A stretch of 64,000 nucleotides of DNA from NCBI GenBank assembly GCA_902563095.1, contig CACEWA010000003.1:1372-65371 (forward strand), given 5' to 3'. This document shows positions 39,036 to 47,673 of the stretch, in pieces; within the stretch, counting starts at the first letter, position 1, and each line of letters opens with the position of its first letter. The DNA is from an uncultured Candidatus Poseidoniales archaeon. Lineage in GTDB: Archaea; Thermoplasmatota; Poseidoniia; Poseidoniales; Poseidoniaceae. The notes beneath the pieces are model-generated. The model was not told the origin of the DNA, did no database searches, and saw only the letters and a list, made by a program, of their open reading frames with translations. Position numbers and translations under genes: made by a program.

Positions 39036-40690
39036 TCCAAATCTAAGTCATGCGTTGCCCAATTAGCTACAAATTCACCCAATTCTGTTAATACAAATCG
39101 AGATTTCCCAACATCATTTATTTTGGTTATCAATTGATTCGAAATTAAATCTGCAAAACGTGTTTGATTTTGTTCAATACTTATTTGTCTCCCTAACATT
39201 TCGCTTAGTATACTAGCGAACTCCGATATATCACTAAATGTCAGTCCAATATTCTCCTCAGGATTTGCTGATGCAAATAGTAGGTTTTCAATGCTACCAT
39301 CATCATCTTGGCTAAATCTACCCTTTTCGAATTCATTCATTACAATTAAAGAATTTATTTTGCTACTAGCCAATCCTTGCAAAGATTCAAACGCCAAGGA
39401 GGAGGGGATTTCAAGAACATGATCAGTTCTCGAAAATGGCGACCTTGTAACTTGCTCTCCAGTGGCGCCTACTCCCTTGTTCGATTTCATAACATAGCAA
39501 ATTTTGGAACCAGAGGCTAAGGAAAATTTAGAAGCAGAGTTTCTAAGTTTTGCAAAACAAGAAGTCAAATCAATAGACCAAAGATGCTCATCTGTTTTGT
39601 ATTCATATGAAATTATTGATTTGAATAATTCAATCTCAAAATCCAGCATAGATTGATTATCTAACGTCGGATTTACTACAATCAATGGCTCTATTAATTC
39701 GATATCTTCGATTTGAGCTTTCTTGTCCAACAACAATTTGCATTTTTCTAAATCTCTATGCATTCCAGACAACTCTTTTTTTCCAAGTGCCTCTGAAAAA
39801 GTTAATACTCCACTATAGGCTAAATCATCTGAATATCTTTGTAAAACGAAAAGATAACTGTCATGAGGTTCTATTTTTGACATAGTCTGCAGCATATTAA
39901 TTGGCCCGTCATTGAATAATCTGCCAAATGAAATTAGTAATTTTTTGAATACAGGATCACCTGAATCTTGTCGATTTTTCATCCAATATTTCAAAGCAAT
40001 CGGAAAACCCTTGCTTGTTAAAGAGTAGAGTGGGGGCCTGCTTGCATCCCTATTAACAGTGATCATGCCCCTTGATTCGCAGGCTGTAGCAGCAGATTGC
40101 ACACCAGACATCTCTGTAATATTATCTAACTCACAGATTTCTTGGGCTGAGAATTCTGTACCAAAATTTGTACCTGATAATTGAAGAATTGCAGACATTA
40201 TTTTTGGCGCTATTGCTGAATCAATGTATTTTTTATTGTGAAAATATGATTCCAATTCCCCGCCCTCCCAATGATAAAATTTCTCACATTGTATTGAACT
40301 TCCAACTAACCATAGCAAGTAATCGTGTAAAGCTGTGCCTGAGCCAAGCAAGATATCTTTATCCCCGACTATACCGGTTAATGCTTGAAACATTTGTTTA
40401 GAAATGTTCCAGGAAAGGGCCTGTAGTTGATCTGAATTTTCATACCCTTCTGTGGTCAAAGATGGAAGTGAGAATATCGAGGTTGATAATGCCAACTTTT
40501 GTTGAATCTCCTTAGAAGAGTCATTAGGATATACTGAAAATAAGATTAACGAATCGGCATTAATCATTTCAATTCTTTCTAAATCATTAGATCTAAATGT
40601 ATGAGGCGCGATGGCCAATAAAGTTCTCATGTTATTATCTCCTATGAGTTTGTGGTTATTAGAGATGTACTCTACTTTATGAGATACCAT
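39032..40690 (-). CDS. Duplicated CARF-like Rossmann + winged-helix protein (CARF-wHTH-CARF-wHTH candidate)
   Basis: The first half has MRTLLAIAPH..., ILLGSGTALHDYL (G-x-G-T after a strand, as in CARF TGGTK), then a wHTH-like AQEICELDNITEMSGVQSAATACESRGMITVNRDASRPPLYSLTSKG. The second half has LLISFG...YLFVLQRY and a C-terminal wHTH-like LISNQLITKINDVGKSRFVLTELG. Start is uncertain: TTG 40723, ATG 40690 or ATG 40630. Confidence 0.45.
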   Translation of the reverse strand: MVSHKVEYISNNHKLIGDNNMRTLLAIAPHTFRSNDLERIEMINADSLILFSVYPNDSSKEIQQKLALSTSIFSLPSLTTEGYENSDQLQALSWNISKQMFQALTGIVGDKDILLGSGTALHDYLLWLVGSSIQCEKFYHWEGGELESYFHNKKYIDSAIAPKIMSAILQLSGTNFGTEFSAQEICELDNITEMSGVQSAATACESRGMITVNRDASRPPLYSLTSKGFPIALKYWMKNRQDSGDPVFKKLLISFGRLFNDGPINMLQTMSKIEPHDSYLFVLQRYSDDLAYSGVLTFSEALGKKELSGMHRDLEKCKLLLDKKAQIEDIELIEPLIVVNPTLDNQSMLDFEIELFKSIISYEYKTDEHLWSIDLTSCFAKLRNSASKFSLASGSKICYVMKSNKGVGATGEQVTRSPFSRTDHVLEIPSSLAFESLQGLASSKINSLIVMNEFEKGRFSQDDDGSIENLLFASANPEENIGLTFSDISEFASILSEMLGRQISIEQNQTRFADLISNQLITKINDVGKSRFVLTELGEFVANWATHDLDLE

Positions 40691-40704
40691 AAACTCATAA
40701 ATTT

Positions 40705-40718
40705 TGTAAATTATTACA
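40705..40718. promoter_or_regulatory. Perfect palindrome TGTAAATTATTACA (TGTAA-N4-TTACA)
   Basis: Read directly and identical to the 34894 site. It lies between the stop of the 251-aa CARF gene (40730) and the first ATG (40690) of the next gene. It is inside the ORF only if the TTG at 40723 is the real start. Confidence 0.45.
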
Positions 40719-40729
40719 ATCAAACAGGT

Positions 40730-41485
40730 TTAAGCCCAGCCAATAAATGAATCTGGATTGTCTTTCTTCACAGCCTCTAATAAACCTTCAAATTTTTTGA
40801 TTTTTTCTTCTAATAACGAATTTGCTATTGCAGTATTTCCTACCAATTTCAAAATTGTTGTTCCTTCTTCTGTGACAAACCATTTATCTTCATCAATAAA
40901 TAAAATATCCATCTCACAAAATTTCCAAAATACTGGTTCTGGCATAATTTCTGCTAAATCTTTAATCAAACCGCTACCCGCTCTCAAAAATGATATTATT
41001 TCTATAGGTTGGTGCATTACAGATCCTAATCCAAGCAGTTGAGGGAACTCGATGACATCGCGGTTTGGCATAGGTTTGGAACCACTTGGAGGCTGAATTA
41101 CATAAAAAACCCTGGAGCCCAGTAATATACCTGCATAAGTTCCTGCAGCTGCCATGTGCATTGTACCACCCGTGATTCCGATATACCAATCTAAATCAGA
41201 TTCGTGTAGATTATGTTCCTCATGACGTATCGAAATTACCTCATTCAATAATGAAGTTACAGCCGATTGATCAAACAAATTATTGATACTTTTAACTCCA
41301 CCTTGTTTGAAATTATATTGCTTTGACCATTCGTTCAATCGTCTTTTATGCTTAGATGCAAATTTATCAGATGTTACAATATACACTGTTTCTGGAACAT
41401 ATTTTTGGATAGATGTAATTGCATGTTCGACCCTCTCCCCCATGAATAAAATTAAACCATTTTTACGCTCGACAGTTAGAGACAT
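40730..41485 (-). CDS. CARF domain + C-terminal winged-helix protein (Csa3-like regulator candidate)
   Basis: 251 aa. The Rossmann-like N-terminus has GLILFMGE and VYIVTSD. GITGGTMHMAAAG closely matches the CARF TGGTK.M loop of Card1/Can-type sensors. C-terminal KDLAEIM...FCEMDILFIDEDKWFVTEEGTTILKL looks like a wHTH with wing. Confidence 0.5.
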   Translation of the reverse strand: MSLTVERKNGLILFMGERVEHAITSIQKYVPETVYIVTSDKFASKHKRRLNEWSKQYNFKQGGVKSINNLFDQSAVTSLLNEVISIRHEEHNLHESDLDWYIGITGGTMHMAAAGTYAGILLGSRVFYVIQPPSGSKPMPNRDVIEFPQLLGLGSVMHQPIEIISFLRAGSGLIKDLAEIMPEPVFWKFCEMDILFIDEDKWFVTEEGTTILKLVGNTAIANSLLEEKIKKFEGLLEAVKKDNPDSFIGWA

Positions 41486-41528
41486 GATTCTCGGTAAACT
41501 ATCAATGATAATAAATCGATGGTGGCCG

Positions 41529-41546
41529 GATGTAAAAATTTACATC
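41529..41546. promoter_or_regulatory. Palindrome GATGTAAAAATTTACATC (contains TGTAA-N4-TTACA with 7-nt arms)
   Basis: Read directly. It lies about 46 nt upstream of the CARF-wHTH gene start (41485), in the divergent intergenic region 41486..41707. Confidence 0.45.
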
Positions 41547-41644
41547 AAAGATAATTCTAAATTATCACATACTGCTGAGAAGGCTATGACTGTAAATTTG
41601 TGATTACCAGATTAAATTAAATGTATTTTGTTGAAAATAGAACC

Positions 41645-41681
41645 CTAGTAATGTAAATTTTGACAACATTACCATTACTAG
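41645..41681. promoter_or_regulatory. Nested inverted repeats CTAGTAATG...CATTACTAG and GTAATGT...ACATTAC, enclosing a one-mismatch TGTAAATTTTGACA site (41652..41665)
   Basis: Read directly. It ends about 27 nt upstream of the ATG at 41708, the start of the + strand operon. Confidence 0.35.
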
Positions 41682-41707
41682 ATTATCAAATAGGTCGAGG
41701 GAACACT

Positions 41708-42025
41708 ATGTCACGCAACACCAGAAAGCTTAGCCACCACAAGAGAGCACACAATGGTAGACATCGCGTACGCAAGGGGGATATTTTCCAACCGCGCCCA
41801 TCTAAAGTATATCGTAGACCTTGTGGCTGCAGTAATCAGGATATAGCAACGAAAAACCGGGTTATGGTTCGTGTAATTTTGAAGACTAGGCCTGAGATGC
41901 GATGGGATGGAAATGAGTGGTCTTTATTCATTCCACAACATTTGTCAAAGAGGTTTGGCCGATGCTTGAAACATTTGACTGAAGAAGACAAAACTAAACT
42001 TCGGGAAAGGGGACTAACTGTATAA
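41708..42025 (+). CDS. Small, highly basic hypothetical protein
   Basis: MSRNTRKLSHHKRAHNGRHRVRKGD... is Arg/Lys/His rich. The ATG at 41708 was chosen over the track TTG at 41660, which overlaps the palindrome. Confidence 0.45.
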   Translation: MSRNTRKLSHHKRAHNGRHRVRKGDIFQPRPSKVYRRPCGCSNQDIATKNRVMVRVILKTRPEMRWDGNEWSLFIPQHLSKRFGRCLKHLTEEDKTKLRERGLTV

Positions 42026-42044
42026 ACAAATAGGAAGTGAAGAA

Positions 42045-42263
42045 ATGAGTAATGGAAAAAGCGCATCAAAATCTAATCCACTAGGAATTAGGAATACCAA
42101 AAAACCGATAGCACGCAGACAAAGAAAAGTCGGCCAATATACAGACCCAAATCTTGCAAAATTTCTCGATAAGTGTCGGAATAGACGGGTTAAAATACTA
42201 CGGAGGAGAAATACCCACGGGTTTACAAATAACACAAAAATCCAAGAGAAGGTGAGGACATGA
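42045..42263 (+). CDS. Small, highly basic hypothetical protein
   Basis: 72 aa, rich in K/R (IRNTKKPIARRQRKVG..., CRNRRVKILRRRNTHG). 4-nt overlap with the next gene. Confidence 0.45.
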   Translation: MSNGKSASKSNPLGIRNTKKPIARRQRKVGQYTDPNLAKFLDKCRNRRVKILRRRNTHGFTNNTKIQEKVRT

Positions 42264-44107
42264 GTTCTGTAATTTACAAAGCAATGCCAGGGGACACAAT
42301 TGCAAACCTGAACAAGCTCGAAGGTTGTGTGAGATTTTCAGGAAACGATACAAAATCTATCAATATTTCAAGTGTAGAATATGGTAGTACGTTGATGTTG
42401 GAAGAATTCGATTCTCTTGAAGAGATCAATATCAAGGGCACCTCCGGAGCAGTCGTTTCTTTCACCAAATTTCCCGAACAAACAATACGAATCAAGGGGC
42501 ATTTCGATGAAGTTAGAGTCCAAGATGGACAGAGTCATTACTTTATTCACAAACATGTGATTTGTGAAAGATATAGTTTACAGATGAGAATTCCTTCTCA
42601 AGCAATATGGGGCGCTGTCATCACAAGGGATAGCGATATCAAATGTGGAAATATGGATGCTTTGATGATTTATTCCGAGAACCTCACGGATCTGCAGATA
42701 GACTGTGAACTATCACACATTTCAGTTATTGGTGACCAATTCCTTGAGAACATCAATGTCGGAGGAAAGAGGCAAATTTCCAAATTTGTCGTCTATGAGG
42801 GGCCATCTCTGAAGTCATTAAACATCAGAAGACAAGTTCTTGAATGCTCGATTTCTAGATGCCCCCAATTACAAACTATAACCGGGATTGGAAACAAGTT
42901 ATCACTCGATTCTACGGTCCCAAGCGGTAAGGGCAGGGCATCAATAAATGGATTCTGGCTAATTGTCCCAGGTTGGTATAAATCGCCAACCAAGCAACTA
43001 TTCATTGGCTATCTCGATAACCACCTCTCTTATTCTGACATAGTAAGTTGTGATGATTTAGGTGGCTCTAGATTCATGTCAAACCCATACAATGGCACAT
43101 TACATAGTAATCTATTCGAAACGATTTGTGGCGAAGAGCTTGATTTTGGTATCGAAGTTCCAAGATTGGTTCAATTGATTGAGGAAAACCCCGCTTTAGG
43201 TCTAGCTGCTCTAAAGGAATGGTGTGACGACAATACGTTGTCATTTTTTGACCAATACCTTGGCTTGAGAGTTGTTGCATCATTGATTTGTAGAGGTTTT
43301 GACGTCAGAGACATGATTGAAATCAGGAATCGACTTCTAAGGAAGAACAATGATACTCCAATCATTGAGCAAACTGTTTCTAACAATACTCAACGAATCA
43401 ACAGATTGAGGGACATTGGAAGAGAGGTTGAACTTGATGACTCAATGTGGGTTATTCCAAAAAGTTCTGTTATGCCATTTGACAGAATAGACCTCGAGAT
43501 TTGGCTACACACCAACCTCAACTCCAGTTATATGGGAATGGATTTCAGTACAACTAGAAAGAAGACTCAACTCCAAAGTAAGTATGCAACTTGGCTAAAC
43601 CACTTCCCCGGTCATAGAGCATACATGCCAACGCATAGAAATTGTGTGATTAGCAACCTGCTGAATTCAACGTTAGGTGCAACGCGTTCTACTGGGAGAG
43701 CAGTTGCCGTTGAAAAGAAACTGACACTATTAATCGAAGAAATCTTTTCCAATGAATCGATAACTTCTGACCCAATATGCTGTCAATTTTTGATCACTCA
43801 TTTTGATTTCACGTCATTGAAAGATACATCTTTACCTGACAAACTAATCAAACCCATTTTGTCGATGGAGATTGAATCTTGGAAAAAAGCGGCGTACCTA
43901 TTCGCAATAATCGAGAAGACAAATTCACCACAAGCAAGATTTTCATTGATGGAAGTTGCTGAAGATGTGTCAATTGCCGAATCGCGTGCTATCAATGCCG
44001 TTTCCTTACTAGGACGAAACGCATTCGATACTGAAAAGGTCCCAAGGCCTGAATGGCCATACTTAGAACATTGGGGAAAAACATACAAAAACGAAGGAGG
44101 AAGATAA
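42260..44107 (+). CDS. Hypothetical 615-aa protein: N-terminal LRR-like repeats, C-terminal helical region
   Basis: Repeated L/I-x-x-L/I-x-I segments (ENLTDLQIDCELSHISVIGDQFLENINVGG, PSLKSLNIRRQVLECSISRCPQLQTITGIGNKLSLD). A GGAGG sequence precedes the next gene start. Confidence 0.55.
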   Translation: MSSVIYKAMPGDTIANLNKLEGCVRFSGNDTKSINISSVEYGSTLMLEEFDSLEEINIKGTSGAVVSFTKFPEQTIRIKGHFDEVRVQDGQSHYFIHKHVICERYSLQMRIPSQAIWGAVITRDSDIKCGNMDALMIYSENLTDLQIDCELSHISVIGDQFLENINVGGKRQISKFVVYEGPSLKSLNIRRQVLECSISRCPQLQTITGIGNKLSLDSTVPSGKGRASINGFWLIVPGWYKSPTKQLFIGYLDNHLSYSDIVSCDDLGGSRFMSNPYNGTLHSNLFETICGEELDFGIEVPRLVQLIEENPALGLAALKEWCDDNTLSFFDQYLGLRVVASLICRGFDVRDMIEIRNRLLRKNNDTPIIEQTVSNNTQRINRLRDIGREVELDDSMWVIPKSSVMPFDRIDLEIWLHTNLNSSYMGMDFSTTRKKTQLQSKYATWLNHFPGHRAYMPTHRNCVISNLLNSTLGATRSTGRAVAVEKKLTLLIEEIFSNESITSDPICCQFLITHFDFTSLKDTSLPDKLIKPILSMEIESWKKAAYLFAIIEKTNSPQARFSLMEVAEDVSIAESRAINAVSLLGRNAFDTEKVPRPEWPYLEHWGKTYKNEGGR

Positions 44108-44108
44108 T

Positions 44109-45203
44109 ATGAAAAATACGAGTATAAGCAAAGCAAAGAAATTACTGCAACACCAATTGGACATTCTTTGGGATAATCCCGAGAAATCCGGAACAGTACC
44201 GCCATTGATGATTTGGGGGCCGCCTGGAATTGGAAAATCAACATTCATCCGTGAACTATGCAAAGAAAATGGAATAGGTTTCATCGATGTTAGACTAGCT
44301 CAAAGAGAGCCAGTAGATATCCGTGGATTGCCAGTACCCAGAGATGACAAATCAGGAATCGATTGGATTGTTTCATCCGAATGGCCTAGAACAGACGATG
44401 AAGACACCCCGGAAAAAGGTATAATTCTGTTTGATGAGATTACTGCTGCCGATAGTACCTTGCAGGTTGCGGCATATGAATTCATTCTTGATAGAAGGTT
44501 GGGCCAATTATATGAAGTCCCAAACGGGTGGTATATCGTTGCAGCGGGCAATCGAACGAGTGACGCTGCTGTAGCAAGAACAATGTCAAGTGCGCTTGCA
44601 AACAGATTTTGTCACATCGAAGTAGGAGCTAATTCTGCAAGTTGGTTGGATTGGGCACTAAATAATGACATTGACCCTAGAGTCATTGGATTCATTCGAT
44701 ACATGCCTCAACGTATATTTTCTATGGAGGGAAATAAAGAGCGAGGTTGGCCAAGTCCAAGAAGTTGGGAGCGCGTCTCGATGGAGATTGAAACTGCTGA
44801 CAAGCATAATCTAGACAAAGATTTACTGCACTTGCTAATTGAAGGATTAGTTGGTGAAGGAGTTGCTGTCGAGTTCATGGGATTCATTGAGTGGACTGAA
44901 AAGGGTCCTGATGTGGCTAGAATGCTTGCCAAAGAAATCAAAGTAAAGATTCCATCAAGAGCTGACCAAAGATTCGCTATGGTTTCAGCAATTGTCCATC
45001 ATATAAAACAACACGATTCTCCAGACTTATTGGTCGATGGATTCCTTGATATCGCTGCAGCATTACCCAATGATTGGTTACAATTAATCATTCATGACAT
45101 TAGGAAAATTTCTGACCTCCGTGACTTTGCAAACCATTGCATTGTTCATCCAAGATGGGATAATGAAATAGGTCACAGAATTATTGCTGAAAAGGTAATC
45201 TGA
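44109..45203 (+). CDS. MoxR-like AAA+ ATPase (AAA_5-like)
   Basis: 364 aa. LMIWGPPGIGKST (Walker A), GIILFDEITAA (Walker B), and sensor-like AAGNRTSD. Confidence 0.85.
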   Translation: MKNTSISKAKKLLQHQLDILWDNPEKSGTVPPLMIWGPPGIGKSTFIRELCKENGIGFIDVRLAQREPVDIRGLPVPRDDKSGIDWIVSSEWPRTDDEDTPEKGIILFDEITAADSTLQVAAYEFILDRRLGQLYEVPNGWYIVAAGNRTSDAAVARTMSSALANRFCHIEVGANSASWLDWALNNDIDPRVIGFIRYMPQRIFSMEGNKERGWPSPRSWERVSMEIETADKHNLDKDLLHLLIEGLVGEGVAVEFMGFIEWTEKGPDVARMLAKEIKVKIPSRADQRFAMVSAIVHHIKQHDSPDLLVDGFLDIAAALPNDWLQLIIHDIRKISDLRDFANHCIVHPRWDNEIGHRIIAEKVI

Positions 45204-45212
45204 GGTGAGGGA

Positions 45213-46523
45213 ATGTCTGAAATTAATGAAAACAAGGTGTCTTTTTCTAAACCTACCTCTGAAGACGAGGTTGCTAAGTCTGAAGCGCTTGAAGCGTGGA
45301 CGAATGATAGAAGTGATATGTTGATTAATTCACCATTCATCGGTGCATTGTCTATGTATTTGGAATTGATACCGGTCGTAGATCATAGGTGCATGACTGC
45401 TTCGACCGATGGACGAAGGATATTCTTCAATCCATACTTTCTACAAAGTCTTGAATCTGAAGAAGAAAGAATGACGATTCTGGCTCATGAAATATGGCAC
45501 TGTGGAATGTCACACTTCAGTAGACAACATGGCCGTATCGAGGACCACGAAATGTGGAACCATGCAATAGACCACGAAGTAAATTCATTACTGAAAAGTG
45601 ATGGATTTAAAATTCCGAAGAATGCCATCTTGTACGAAGCCCATGAAGGTAAATCGGCAGAACAAGTATTCGAACTAATCAAAAATGGTGAAATCGAAAT
45701 GCGAGGTCAATGTCTAGATGATCATAGCTTAACCAATCCTTCTATGGGAGATGACAAACCTGGTAATGACGGGACAGATGGGTGGTCTACAATAGATGTT
45801 GATGGAGAAGGGAATATTACTGCCAAATATGATTCTGATTTCCAACCAAGAAGAAGTGATGATGTTTGGAAAGAATGGAAAGCAAAAATGATGGCTGCGG
45901 CCCAACAATGTCAAGAAAGGGGCCATGATTTAGGCAACTACAAAGGGAAACTAGACGAGATCTTCGCATCAAAACTACCTTGGCAAGAGATTCTGAGACA
46001 ATTTCTAACACCGATGTTTGACTCTACTAGAAAGTGGTTACCTCCTAATCGAAGACATGTGCACAAGAAGATGTATTTGCCTTCTTTGCGAAAGGAAAAA
46101 CAACTCAGAATTGTAATCGCAATCGATACCAGTGGATCTACAACTGGAGATATTGTGAAGACATTTGTAAGTGAAGTATTCTCTATTGTAAACTCATTTG
46201 GAGGTTACGAACTTAGATTGGTTCAATGTGATTATTCAATCCAAGGGGATGTAATATACGACGAAGCGAACCCATTCGACCCTGAGAAGTTCGAACTTCT
46301 TGGAGGCGGAGGAACTAATTTCCACCCCGTGTTCAATTTGATTGCCGATGACGATGAAGACCCTGAGGTCTTACTATTCCTTACTGATGGATATGGCGAT
46401 GCCCCGAAAAATGAGCCCTCTTATCCTGTCATTTGGGGAATCAATGAGGGTGGAATAAAACCAGCTTCATGGGGCAAAGAAATTGAAATCGACATAGGCA
46501 AGAATCGTTCAAAACAAAATTGA
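45213..46523 (+). CDS. Putative zinc metallopeptidase + VWA domain protein (DUF2201-like partner of MoxR ATPases)
   Basis: 436 aa. The N-terminal half has LAHEIWHCGMSHF (HExxH). The C-terminal half has VIAIDTSGSTTGD (a DxSxS MIDAS motif) and LFLTDGYGD. Confidence 0.8.
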   Translation: MSEINENKVSFSKPTSEDEVAKSEALEAWTNDRSDMLINSPFIGALSMYLELIPVVDHRCMTASTDGRRIFFNPYFLQSLESEEERMTILAHEIWHCGMSHFSRQHGRIEDHEMWNHAIDHEVNSLLKSDGFKIPKNAILYEAHEGKSAEQVFELIKNGEIEMRGQCLDDHSLTNPSMGDDKPGNDGTDGWSTIDVDGEGNITAKYDSDFQPRRSDDVWKEWKAKMMAAAQQCQERGHDLGNYKGKLDEIFASKLPWQEILRQFLTPMFDSTRKWLPPNRRHVHKKMYLPSLRKEKQLRIVIAIDTSGSTTGDIVKTFVSEVFSIVNSFGGYELRLVQCDYSIQGDVIYDEANPFDPEKFELLGGGGTNFHPVFNLIADDDEDPEVLLFLTDGYGDAPKNEPSYPVIWGINEGGIKPASWGKEIEIDIGKNRSKQN

Positions 46524-46571
46524 ATCGTCGGACTTAAATAGGTCCCCAACTAACTAACAGTATTCTTTCTG

Positions 46572-46585
46572 CGTAATTATTTACA
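46572..46585. promoter_or_regulatory. Near-palindrome CGTAATTATTTACA (one mismatch to TGTAA-N4-TTACA)
   Basis: Read directly, about 43 nt upstream of the 46629 start codon. Confidence 0.25.
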
Positions 46586-46628
46586 TTCAGAGAGCATCTA
46601 GGTTATCGAGTAGTTCAGAGGGGTTTTT

Positions 46629-47270
46629 ATGAGAGCGTCAGAAGGCAAAATTTGGAGAATAATAGCAAGAATTGATGATGAAATCATCATCAAACAGGCT
46701 AGCAGTGTAGAGAAGGCAACCCGTTCAGTGCGCAATGCAGTTTGCCAGAGATTGTGCGATTCCGCAGAAATCGAATACGAGCTCGGATGGTGGAAAGGCT
46801 TCAGACACAAAGCTAGGCGTGATTTCGTTGACAATTTCATCGGAACCCCATTGTATGTTCAAATCGATGACGAAGTGGAGATCGAACTCCACGAAGTTCC
46901 TTACGAAGTCTACACCATCCAACAGGTTAGGCTAACCTTCCGCAAGATGACATTGATGTCACCTGACAATATCGATGCTTGGGGGTATCTTCACTGGGGG
47001 CCTGGCGATGATGAGAAAATGCAATTACTAGGTGAAAAAATTCCAATTCCACAACACCTCTCCTCTTCAAAGGGATTCGAAGAAGAGGAAATCATCGCTT
47101 TGAGTGATGCTCAAGAGTGTCTTTCTGAATGCCCTAAATGCAAGTCAGAGTTCCCCTTTGGGACCCTAATTCTTGTAACTGAAAATTTCAGATTGATTCC
47201 TGCCAACTGTTGTGGCAACATGATTTGGCTAAAGGAAGAAGACTCTGAACAAAATGAGGATTGGACGTGA
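46629..47270 (+). CDS. Hypothetical protein with a C-terminal Cys cluster
   Basis: 213-aa ORF. CPKCKSEF...ANCCG suggests a zinc ribbon. No family recognised. Confidence 0.5.
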   Translation: MRASEGKIWRIIARIDDEIIIKQASSVEKATRSVRNAVCQRLCDSAEIEYELGWWKGFRHKARRDFVDNFIGTPLYVQIDDEVEIELHEVPYEVYTIQQVRLTFRKMTLMSPDNIDAWGYLHWGPGDDEKMQLLGEKIPIPQHLSSSKGFEEEEIIALSDAQECLSECPKCKSEFPFGTLILVTENFRLIPANCCGNMIWLKEEDSEQNEDWT

Positions 47271-47310
47271 GACTAGAACAACAGAACAAAAAGAAACAGG
47301 AGATGAAAAT

Positions 47311-47631
47311 ATGACTGAAGAAAAGATAGAAACAATACCAGCAACAGAAGAGAGCTTAATGATAGAAAATGACGTACATCCGTTTGACAAGGACCTACCG
47401 AAAACGGTGAACTTTTTTAAACAAATGCACCCAGTATTGGTTGACGGAATCAAAGGTAAAGCGTGCACTGGAACCCTTGGCGGCTACAGTGAAAGAATTC
47501 GGATTAACTTAGAAGAAGAACATCCAGAACTAGGAAAAGATTTCCAAACCAAGTACTACATGTTCCTAGAACCAGGAAAGGTACTTTGGGGACACGATGA
47601 GAAGACCTTCGAGATCCATATAATCGTCTGA
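47311..47631 (+). CDS. Small hypothetical protein
   Basis: The ATG at 47311 is preceded by AGGAG at 8-nt spacing. The track start 47254 would overlap the upstream gene. Confidence 0.45.
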   Translation: MTEEKIETIPATEESLMIENDVHPFDKDLPKTVNFFKQMHPVLVDGIKGKACTGTLGGYSERIRINLEEEHPELGKDFQTKYYMFLEPGKVLWGHDEKTFEIHIIV

Positions 47632-47673
47632 TTATAGCCAAGCATTGACATTTGAGTGCGATGTGGGCCGGTC

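Noticed and set aside
42274-42284. TGTAATTTACA, the same half-sites as the island palindrome but with 1-nt spacing
   Set aside because: The spacing differs and the site lies inside the coding start of the 615-aa gene, so it is probably coincidental.
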